This document shows positions 35,801 through 47,800 of a DNA stretch of 64,000 nt, in pieces (position 1 is the stretch's first letter; each line of letters begins with the position of its first letter). Origin of the DNA: Amphiscolops sp. MND2022 (lineage: Eukaryota); contig OZ076416.1 in assembly GCA_964187785.1 (NCBI GenBank), forward strand, positions 12,400,001-12,464,000, given 5' to 3'. The notes below the pieces were generated by a model. The model saw only the letters and a list, made by a program, of their open reading frames with translations, did not search any database and was not told the DNA's origin. The translations under genes were made by a program, and so were the position numbers.

Positions 35801-38800
35801 CCGCTCTGAAATTAGGCAAAAATGAGGCAAACTTCTTAGGTTATCAAACCGCCTTTGGTTCATTCGACTGCATTTTTTTAGATTGAGGGGACCAAGAGTT
35901 GAAGAAAACCGATTTTACTGACGAAAAATTTCAAACCTCATATCTTGGGTTAATCTAACAAAATTTCTTGACATTTAATTGGTTGACTCAGATTTACTAC
36001 CGTCTGAAAGGTTTTTGGCAGAAAAAGAGGCTTTGAAGCATTTTTTCAACCAATACCGAAGTAAATAATGAGAATTTATGAATATTGAATTTATGAAAAA
36101 TGGGTGTTTAGACAAAATTTAGTAATTGACACACCCCATTCTCATATTCAAAACATCATAAGTCAACGTCAAGTTAAGATAAAAAGACGTTCTAAACAGC
36201 ATTTTTCTCCTTCAAACAAGGGCTTTCCACATGCTTTCACTTGCAATCATAGTTGTGTGGACGTTTCCTGACTTTAGGTGGCTTGAATTTGTATAAATGT
36301 TGATTTCCGGTCTGAAAGTAAAGAAAAATGTCATTTCCGGTCTCAGGGGGTAGGGGGGTATCTGCTATCGGCTGTAGCTCATTACGCCCAACAAATTTTC
36401 AGCAGGGTACGGACATGCTAAATCCACAGCTTCATGCTCAAAACTGGCATTTTCCCAAATTTTCGGGGTAAAATCGGAGAAGTGTTTATGAAAGTCGTCA
36501 AAAATCAGTTTTTTGAGAATAGAAATTTTCCAAAAATCTAAAGGGGCAAAAAATAAAAAAAACGTTCTTCTGTCATTTTCAATGGTATGTTTCATTTAGA
36601 ATCGAATACAAATAACCGGAGGAATGTTTTTTTGTTGCTTTTTGTCAACCAAAGTTGATTTTTCTCGAAATTTTGAATGTCTTGGTTTTATTTCTCTTTG
36701 AAGCATTGTCCGAGGAACCCAATAGAATTTTTATATCCAAAAATAGAGGCTATTTCTGTGGTCTCAAAAAAAACTCTCGGTCTCATCTTCAGAATCCTTC
36801 GAATCATGATCGATCGTCATAGGAAAAAGCAAAAGTAGTACCTTAAATGGACGGCATTCATTGATGATTTATCTTGAATGTACTGTTCTATTTGCTCCAT
36901 CGTCCTGATCTCCGAGGTTCCACTCTTGTGATCTGGCATCATTTCTATTTGTCTGGCTTCTTCCAGAGCCACGACCAGAGCCTGTTGTTGGTGGGAGAAG
37001 ATCTCGTACTGGTTTGCGAGCTGGTAGAAATCCTTTTTCAGGGTCTCAATGTCATTCTCACCCCACAATTGGCTGAAAACGTACATTTTCGAAATGAACC
37101 AGAGCCGCATATGCGGTAAAGGAATTGTCGGAAACGGATTCAAATGAAAAACAAATTACCTACTTTATTGTCATTTGGTCTAATTTGAGGATATGTTTCT
37201 CAGATCGCAGTGTTACAATTTTGATGTTGTCATTGCACACATAGAACCCTAATATGGTGTAAAATGACTGTAAAAAATCGTTCCAATCGTATGGACAGTT
37301 TGAGAAAATCGAAAAAAGTCCAAAGTGACCATAATTTGGTCATTTTTAGACTGACTTTTACTGTGTTTCTCAGATCCTAGTCATACGATTTTGATGCCAT
37401 TGCGCACGCAGGAGTACCTTTGGGTTAGAATGACGATTTTGACGATTTAGTTTTTAGGGCAAGTTGCTTCACGTCCACGTTTACTTCATACATGATATCA
37501 ATACGTTTTTTTTTAATTTTAAAAGAAGGAATTAAAAAATTATCAGAATATCAACTAACATATACATTGCGTGGTTTTTCAATGGAATGATATTACAGTT
37601 CTGGGCTCTTTTGATGGCCATGGTTGGTTTTCTGCACCCTCCGCGACCGTTGCTAACAAGGCCCCCGCAAGCCTGGTTAAAAGCCCCCTGTGCAGTGATG
37701 GCTTCAGCGGCTGTTCTGTTGGAACTGTAGAAGGTACCCTGAGCGCCCCCTACCGCCCCCGGGTTGAACTGGGTCGGGCAACATCTGACACGGTTCTCTT
37801 CCTGTGAAAAATTCGAAAAAGGTACCCAAGTGAACGCTGTTGTGACCTTTGAGTTTAAACTAGGGTCAAGCAAGCTAGGCCTGATCACCGGGAACTATAT
37901 CTCGTTTTGTAAAAAAGTAGAAAATCAACATTCTATTTTCAAATGTATTATTGGCCTCAATGACAATAATGTTAGTCTGTACAAAATAAAAAACTGACAA
38001 ATAAACATTCCGTTGTTGACAAATATTACTAAACAATTTCGAGATAGCAACGTTCGAATATCAAAAAATAATTTTTCTATGTATTTTTGCGAATGATTCC
38101 AGATTTCTAAATATTTTGCGGTCGGGGAGATTCGAACTCAAAGCCTTTGGATTAGAAAGCTTCAACCATTTGGCCATAGCGCCTTATTCTTGGTCGGTTC
38201 GATTTCAAATTTATTTGCAAACAAACTTCTTTTCTATGCAACATTCGTACATCCAGAAATTTCAGTTCAACTTACTATCAGTTAACGTCGAGCTGCTAAG
38301 TAGCTGACCCAACCTCAAGGTGAGTGAGGCCCGCGCTAAAGTTGAACTAACTTAGTTTAGGTTCCTCTTCTCCCGTTTTTGCATCTTGGATACCCTGGGG
38401 AGTATTTGGATTGGGTATTGAAGATTTTTTAAAGGTTCGGGTCTGAAAACTCTTGACATGTTTCATAATTTTTGGCAAGATCTCGGGATTCCAGCCGAAC
38501 CGTAACTTGGATTCCATTTTGGATAATGGTGACTTTAATCTAATTGTATCTTACATTGCTGAAGACATTGAATAAGCTTGACATCTCGGATATGTTTAGG
38601 AAGATCCTGATACATCTCTGAAGTTTACTAGTCGTAATAGTACCATACGAATGGTGTCTTGATCACACTTGATACCAAATGAGATCAAACACAGTGAGGT
38701 CAAAAAGCGAAAGTGAGATCAAAAAGCGAACGTGAGGTCAAAAAGCGAAAGTGAGGCAAAAAAGCAAACGTGAAGTCAAAAAGCGAAAATGAGGTCAAAA

Positions 38801-41800
38801 AGCGAAAGTGAGGTCAAAAAGCGAAAGTGAGGTCAAAAAACGAAAGTGAGGCAAAAAAGCAAACGTGAAGTCAAAAAGCGAAAATGAGGTCAAAAAGCGA
38901 AAATGAGGTCAAAAAGCGAACGTGAGGTCAAAAAGCGAAATTGAGGTCAAAAAGCGAAAGTGAGGTCAAAAACCGAAAGTGAGGTCAAAAAGCGAAAGTG
39001 AGGTCAAAAAGCGAACGTGAGGTCAAAAAGCGAAAGTGAGGTCAAAAACCGAAAGTGAGGTCAAAAAGCGAAATTGAGGTCAAAAAGCGAAAGTGAGGTC
39101 AAAAACCGAAAGTGAGGTCAAAAAGCGAACGTGAGGTCAAAAAGCGAAATTGAGGTCAAAAAGCGAAAGTGAGGTCAAAAACCGAAAGTGAGGTCAAAAA
39201 GCGAAAATGAGGTCAAAAATCGAAAGTGAGGTAAAAAAGCAAACGTGAAGTCAAAAAGCGAAAATGAGGTCAAAAACCGAAAGTGACGTCAAAAAGCGAA
39301 AGTGAGGTCAAAAAGCGAAAGTGAGGTCAAAAAGCGAAAAGAAAATGTTTGACCCACCTTGCAATAGATGCCCCCGTTGGCATTGGGGAGTCCACAGTTT
39401 TCGATGCCACTCACAACCGTGTCTGCGGGTACACCAAACTTCTCCCCCTTTTTGGGCGCACACCTGTTATAGAAGACCCATATTTTAACACATACTATAT
39501 TCAAGATAAGTTATAAGTTTTGAAAATACTTCAATAATGAATAATGAAAACAGAAGAAGTTTGACAAGATAAAACTTGAACCAACGCAGAGAGTTTAGGC
39601 GTTGGAATTCAGGAAACAGAGAAACTGCAGAAGTTAGTGGTACTACTAACTTGGTTATAACATAGTCCCACCGACCGCTAAATTAACAATTCAAGCTGAA
39701 CAAACGTGTTAAAACTAACGCGAGAGAACGATGACACAAAAAATTTGAGATGAACAAGAAAAGGACGCTTTTTCAAAAACCAGAATAAACGTATTTAACT
39801 TCTAGAGGGTACACAAACGTGTTGAAAGACCCCAACTTCAATCTTCAACTTTGTCGCAGTTGTTATTATTCCATTTTTTTCTGGATCAAATGTTTTACTT
39901 GATAAGAACTGAAAGAGTTAAGCCTAAATACAGTACAAGACGTCCTAATGAAACTTAATGAAACGCTCTTTCTCAAAGAATTCTCATGAGAACAAATAAA
40001 ATGATCCGACGTTAAGTTCGTGAGTGATTTTTTTATAATGTTAACACTTACTGGGGGCCGAATCCTTCTGGAAACTGTGAATCACAGATCATGTCGCAGT
40101 CTCTAAAACAAACAAACAAACAAAATTTAATTAATATTATGTTAATTCGCTTGCCAGTTAACAAATGACACCCATACAAATGAATATAAAAGTTATTTTT
40201 CCAGTGTCATGATTCTTGTTGATTTGATGAGCCCAGAATTTTTCTGTGACTAATAAAAAGTCACCACAACGTGGTGACGACGGAGTATGTATTTTATATC
40301 TCTTTTATATAACCAGAGCCGCATATGCGGTAAAGGAGTCGGCTTAGGTCTTTTTCCTTTTGACTCGCTCCAATCCCAGAATCATACGAATTTATTGAAA
40401 TTGCACACATAGGACCATACTATGGTGTAGAAAATGACTGTAGAAATTTTTGTTCGAATCGTATGGACAGTTTTTGAGAAAAACGAAAAATGGCTGTTTT
40501 TTGGCCATTTTTGGGCTAATTTTGGCTATGTTCCTCACATCCCAGCCATACGATTTTGATGCCTTTGCACAGGGGCCCCTTTGGGTGTAGAATGACTGTG
40601 CAAAATTTCGTGAAAATCGTATGGACAGTTTTTGAGAAATTTGAAATTTTCATGAAAAGGTCGGGAGAAAAAAAACGAAAAATAACAGCACGATTGCATA
40701 AGTAGTCGAAAATTTTTCCGACTCCTAAAAATCAACGGACTAAAAAAATTATAGCTATAATGCTATAAAAACTCAGGTATAAAATTCATTATAGCTATTA
40801 AAACATTGATGACTCTTGTCCTATCAGAAAGAGTACCAGAAATAGTCAAGACAGTTTAGGGCTCGTTCTGTGCATATTTTTTTTCCAGTTAATCAATTCA
40901 GAATACACAAAAAAGTGATCAGCCAGAACAAATATCTCCACCAATCACATCAACCCAGTTTTTACCTTTTCCCAACTTTGGTCTTCCTGAAAACAAGTTA
41001 GTTGGAAGTCAAGCTAGCTGGCATTAGGTGACAAGTTAGTAACACTGGGACATTTACCGCCCAATTTGCAAAAAAGTTCCTATCGAACACTGGATTCGAA
41101 CTCGTTACCCTTCGATTGGAAAGCTTTTAATCAAACAAAAAAATTCACATACAATTTGAAGCCCGGAGACTCCTTCCACTTCCTTTAAAACTAAGCGATT
41201 TTAGTTGAATCATAGCTTGACTGCAGTTTTTTTAAAAAAAAATGATCATTGACAGAGACGAAATTTTTCCAACATTGTAATTGATTGTGCGTGCTGGAAA
41301 ACACACCACAATTTTTTATTCATAAACAATTTCCAGAGAATTGAAAAATAATCTCAAGTTGACCCAACCGACAAAATCAATTAAATAGATAAAATTTAAG
41401 ATAGAAAACAAACTCATTCAATAGATTCAAAAAAATCGGACTTAATAAAGAAAAACCAGAGCCGCATATGCGGTGAAGGAGTCGGCTTAGGTCTTTTTCC
41501 TTCTGACTCGCTCGAACCCCAGTCATACGAATTTATTGAAATTGCATACATACCTTTGTTGAAACTTCTTGAACTTTTTGCATGTACTTTAATGTTGCCA
41601 GCAACTTTTATTATGATTTTCTAAAACTCTTATGGAAACTTTAATGAGAAAATATTTACCTGTTGTATTCGACTTTTATCAAGCTGCTTGAAAGATTCAT
41701 CAAAGTTTTGGCGGCAATTTTACGCCTTGAAGTTTTGCAGGTTTCATTAAGTAGCAGTTCTAATTTTAATAGCAAATAAATTGCTCTCAGTTTAACAGCC

Positions 41801-44800
41801 ATTTTAATGCAAAATTACTTCAGTCACCTAATAAACTGCAATATACTGTCATGTTTAGCGTCCTATTTGAGACGCGGTGATCACATCAGATGAGTAGTTG
41901 AGAAAGCAAATTGTAAATACAATAAGGTCGTGTCGTTGATGATGTTGTATCTATTTTCAAATTTAATTGCAGTAGTGGAAAATGCAGTGTAATTCTACAA
42001 GATTTACCACCTGAATTACCCTGAATTTTCTAGGTTTTATAAACAATTACCCTGCATGCAGGCCTGCAGCATGTAAAAAGTTCCTGCAGTCTCAACTAGG
42101 GTAGGATCATATTATGGTGTAGAAAATGACTAGAAAATTTCCTTCGAGTCGTGTGGAGTTTTTGAGAAATCGAAAAAAGTCGAAAAATGGCTGTTTTTTG
42201 GCCTCTTTAGGGTTAATTTTGGCTACGTTACTCATCCCAGCCATACGATTTTGATGCCATTGCACATATAGGACTCTAATATGGTGTAGAATTACTAGAA
42301 AATTTCGGTCGAATCGTATGGACAGGTTTTGAGAAAATCGAAAAAAGTCGAAAAGTGACTTTTTGGCCACTTTTGGTCTAATTTTGGCTATCTTTCTCAG
42401 GTCCCAGTCATTCGATTTTGCTGTGATTGTGCACACTGGAGCACCTGTGTAGAATGACTGTGCCAAAGTTTCTAAAAATCGTGCAGATAGTTTTCGAGAA
42501 CTTCGAAATTTTCACTGAAAAGTCGGGAGAAAAAAACAAAAAAAAACGTCACGATTGCATAAGTAGTCGAAAAATTTTCCGACTCCTAATAAAACGTCTA
42601 GTCGCTCTGTATCATCCCTGCATGCATTCAAAACATGAATGGTTTTTGCGGCAAACTTACATGAATCTCTCAGGATGCATGCCTGGTTTCCTCACATTTG
42701 GGTCATCAGGGCAACAAATGCCCCCTTGACCCAAGGCCCCTGGTACCCCGGCCACGCCCCCCGAAACGGGAGCAACTGTGAAGCAAGGCGTCCCAACAGG
42801 GGTGGGGCCTCCGGGGTAGGTGGGGGGACAGCCGGCGATCGAGGGTGTTACGGGTGCATTGGGTGCGCAGTTGTATGTCAGGGTGCCATTGGGTCCGCAG
42901 GTGTAAGTTTTGGTGTTGTTGGGTCCGCACGCGTAAGTCCCGGTGACGTGGAGATCGCCGGCGTATTTTCCAGTGCCATTCGGTCCGCAACCAGCTGAAA
43001 AGAAAACAAATTCAACGCTCAGATAAGCACAAATTGAATAGTCAGATATGAAAATAAGATCTGAATTTCTACGCAGATGATTCTTCAAAAGAACATTGTC
43101 CTTATGGAACACCCTATCGAGAAAAATGATGATAAAGAGGAAAGCTTCATACAAAACATTGAATGAAAGAGTCCGATATTTTTTTTCCGAAAGATACGAA
43201 AATGAAATGGACCGACCAAAAAATGGAACAAAATTTTGCAGTGTTTACCGTTTCACATGAAAAAATAATCGCTTCCTTTTACCCTTCAATTGCATTTCAA
43301 TTATTTAAATTGTATACACTGCCTCTTGAAATAGGAATGTGTTTTTAGTCGGCGCTTTTCTAGTGAAAAGAGCCCGACTATTACAGTGGCTAGTTTTTTA
43401 GTCGGCGCTTTTCTAGTGAAAAGAGCCCGACTATAACAGTGGTTAGTTTTTTTTCGTCAGACCACAGACCTCATCGCGTATGTACCACTTTTTAGTACAG
43501 ACTTTACTCGGTTCACGGTGAACCCAGCGGTCACAAGTTCGAGTCCTTGCTTTAGCCAGAAACTTTTTCGAGCATTTGTGAAAGTGGACGAGACTGAATG
43601 GTCCCCTCTTTCAATTTTTTGCGGCACTGTGTGACTTTTTTTCGATTTTTTTTGCCTCCAAAGGGTCCCCTTTAATTTTTTTGTTGTTCTGCAACAATGC
43701 AACAAACTGGATTTTCAAAAAGCCCGAAGGGTCCCCCTTTTACATTTTCAAAAACTTTGCTCTTTGTGAGCCTCAGATATAGCGCCGACTTTAAACGTTC
43801 TTGTCTTGTTCTTTTACTACTTTGTTAGTAGGAAAGAGTGTTTTATTGTAGCCATCAAGTTCCAGTGATTTGAGTGCTAAAACTCGCGAAAATTAAAATT
43901 CACGTATTTCGGGGTTCAACGCCCTAGTCAAACAAAAATGACAAAAATCTTCTACGGGTTTCATTTACTATTAAAGGAACTTCTTTTCTTTCGGGCATTG
44001 GTAAAAAAATTGGCATTTTAATTTTTTTCTCCTGACACCGTTTTATCTTCTGTCAGCGCTGCTCGGAGATGTGCACTGGAACACTTCGAAGTTCATGGTT
44101 GATAGTTTTTTCAAAACTTATTACTCAGTAAACAGAGCGTTATTGAAATTGCTTGATAGTGCTTCGGCAACCACGCTTGTGGAAAACACGTTCAAGGAAA
44201 CTCAGTAAGTTCAAAAAAGATCCATGTTAGTTAACTACGTTGTGGTAACTCTTAATCTGTCCTTGAATGGCTTGCTGCTTGAGAAAAGATTTTATCCCAA
44301 GTCACTTTCATCCCAGGTATCTCAAGTAGTTTTCCACAAGTGTGGTTGCCCGAAGCACTGAGATACCTGGGATGAAAATGACTTGGGATAAAAAATTTTC
44401 TCGAGCAGCAAGCCATTCAAAGACAGACTAGGAGTTACCACAACGTAGTTAACTACCATGGATACTTTTCGAACTTACTGAGTTTCCCTGAACCAGTGCA
44501 AATTATACTTTAAAAAATGACTAGAAAAGAAGCTGCATTGTCCAAAAAAGCTTTGCGGAAAGAAAAAAGTAATTTTTTTAAGGATTTAAATATACACAGC
44601 TTTAAATACACACAGATTTAAATATACACACAGATTTAAATATAAATGAGCAGAAGGTATTTTACTCCCGACTTGATCAAAAATACCCACCCTAAATATC
44701 CAAATTCAAATCAAGTTGAGATCACCATTTTATATTTCTTATGAATTGACTAATAAATGTCTAAACCTAAATGAAAAACCCTGCTGTTCGAATGAAGCAG

Positions 44801-47800
44801 CCGTTTTATTCAGATCAAACAAAAACTAAACGAGCTGAACAAGATTACACAATTTTGTAATAAGCTTGCATGGGAAGTCAACAGTACTTTATTTCGACAG
44901 GTAAATATCCACAGGTGAAACTACACCAGATCAATTGCTATTTATCAAAACCACAAAGCCAGAAATATTCATGAATCAATGCTTTTGCATGGAAACTTCA
45001 TGTAGTGTACATGCGATACTTGATCAGTTTCTCAGACACGCTTGCTTCACATTACAGGTGTTTCTTATGCACCTTTTATATTTATAGCGGTGCTCTTTTT
45101 GGGTCTTTTGTGTTATTCCCCCCCAGCATACTGGCCTAAAATTTATTCCCCCCATCAACATTTCATTTGTTAGGATAAGAATCGTAGTATATGACTCACT
45201 TCTTAATGACTCACTTCTTGATGACTCACTTCTTAATGAATTGAGGGGGTGACTCACTTCTTGATGACTCACTTCTTAATGAATTGAGGGGGGGGGGCAA
45301 ATTTGCTGGGGAAATAACAGAAAAGCCCTCCTTTTTACCTAGAGGTTTTCAGGCAAAAACGCTTGCATTTTTAGGTAGAACCGCTCGAGCTATTTTGACA
45401 GTGTAGCTAAAATCCATTCCAGATAGCAAATAACTTTTGCATAATATCGTTTTTTGATATTTCCCATCAGTCTGAGTTCATCTCCACCATTTCTACACTT
45501 TTGCTCAACTGGAAAAGCGAGAACTTGGTGTAATCTGAACAGTACTTCATATAATAAAAGTTTTTTTGAGATCCAAAACTGGTTGTTCTGTTGAACACAA
45601 TTGTAGCGATAGTCGAGATCAACAATTTTTAGTCATCAAAAACATTGGTAAGTCTTTCAGTTAGAGAAGTTTGAATTTTTGCATTATCAATTACTTCCGG
45701 TAGATTTCCAGGAGCTTCCAAGAGAATGTTTCATGTGGCCTTTCTAATTTTTTAATCTAAGAATTTATCAAAATTTTATACGATTTGACAGATTTTGCCT
45801 GCAGCATCGATGATGCAGGCAAAACATGGAAAACATCGAATTGTTTGCATTCACTTACTTAGCCCGTTCCAAGGTGGGGTTCCCTTCTTCGCGTGGATAT
45901 CTGGATAGCCCATTCCCCCCGCATAACAGGCCGCTTGTTGGAATTCCTCGTTGTTACACGCAATGAAGTTTTGAGACATCTCCAAATCACCCCTGCAAAA
46001 AATAAAATTTTCCACTGAATTTGAATTCTTTAAAAAGCAAAGTTTCACCTTAAGAACGAAAAAAAAATTTCATGACTTGACTATATATTTTTGATGAAAC
46101 ATTCTCAAACAATTTTTAGAGTTTTCTGCTGATTAATTTCATTTGGGACTTTTAATCCATCTTCTGGGCCAAAATTTTTCTTTTGTACCAAATTTATGTA
46201 GCCAACAATGCAGCTGAACAATCTAACATTGCTTGACAAGGCTTAGTTTGGTGTTTGAACAACCAAAAAACTGTTAAGTCAACAGAAATGAAATCTCAAC
46301 AAAAGATCGAAAAGTGAAGAGGCTTGAGCGAACAGAGTAGCACAGTGACTGGATACTTACTTGTCAGTAATTGGAAAGCAGGCGAACATTTGATCGTTAT
46401 CTCTGAGACAATGCACAAAGGTCAGTACAAAGGTCAATACAAAGGTCAAAATCTGACCCATGTCAATAAAAAAATTGTTACGTATTCATTTTTACATCAG
46501 TATAGTTGATGAATTTCTGCATTTTCAATTTTCAGCAACACTGACATCCTTAAAATAATATTACTTTGCCATTTAATACAATTGGTTTTTTGGAATACTT
46601 TTTGGTTTAAACGCTTTTTTTTGGTTCTTATCCATGATCCAGCCATTATCTGTAATGTCGGAGAAACTTGAACAACACACAACTTTATTGAATTTTTTGA
46701 ATTTTCAGTGAAAACGGGGAGTGGACAATGAAGGTTTCAAACCTCTTGTATCTGGGAGCGCAGTTGAGGTTCTTGAACTGGACCCAGGCGTCGAATGGTT
46801 CGGGGTCCTCCATCTGATAGCCGGTTGCAATTCCGATTTCACCCTTTTTCTTTTTGTTACCACCACCGCCGCCTCCGCCCGAGGAACCCTTCTTAATATT
46901 GCCCCCTGAAACCAAACGTGATCACTAAGTGTACGCAACAAGAGAAAAATGACGCCATGGGAGCTAATGTTGAATACCCAACCAAATTAAATTAGATTCA
47001 AACTAAATTAGATGTTGTCGTCGAATTAAATTAGATTCATCAAGTGTACAAAAACCAACTTACACCAAGAAACTTTTTTAAAAAGCAAACCTGGTTTTCA
47101 GATGTAGAAAAGGAAAGTTGAAGTTGCGTTTTTTTTTGTTTTCTGTTCTACTTCGTCATAAAAGTGTCACCCAGATCCATAAGGCATTATCAAAGATTCC
47201 ACTCAATTCCGAGTAGCAATGCACTATGGAAACGCATAGAAGTTTGATGAAAAAAAGTTTTTGACACTTTTTGATTAATGTCAGAAGGAAACTCTTCAAG
47301 ATCACACTAAACACGTATTCATTTTGTCGGCGTGTGTGGTTACCGAAATCTAACCGACAGAAGTTTTTATAATTTTGCTCGAAAAGTCACTGAAAACGTC
47401 GAAATGTTTAGAAAAAATTGATTTTTTGACAGTTTTGCGGTCATTTAAGGCACTTTTCCCTAACACTGCAGATGTCTTCTCAAATACGAATTTTGAATAC
47501 CGGGTTCAGTCGTTGTTGAATTGCGAAATTGGTCGAAAGTTTAAAAAAAGTGTATAACCTTTTCAAAAACAAGAAAATTTTTATTCTGATTAACATCGAT
47601 TGAAAAAGCCTACTGGACATTCTACTCATATGTTGATGAAACGTTTCAAAGTTCTAAAATACAATTTCTTTCAAAACTTCGAAAACAAATTGCATTTGAA
47701 ATGTCAAAAAAATGTTTTAAAAATTATCACACTTTTTGCTATCTTGGTGTCATTTTGTGTTACTTTTCCAACATGAAACTCCAATTGACTTTCAGAAAGT

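Noticed and set aside
38693-39340. Regular short repeats as a CRISPR array
   Set aside because: The units are contiguous with no unique spacers, there are no cas genes, and the context is a eukaryotic intron.
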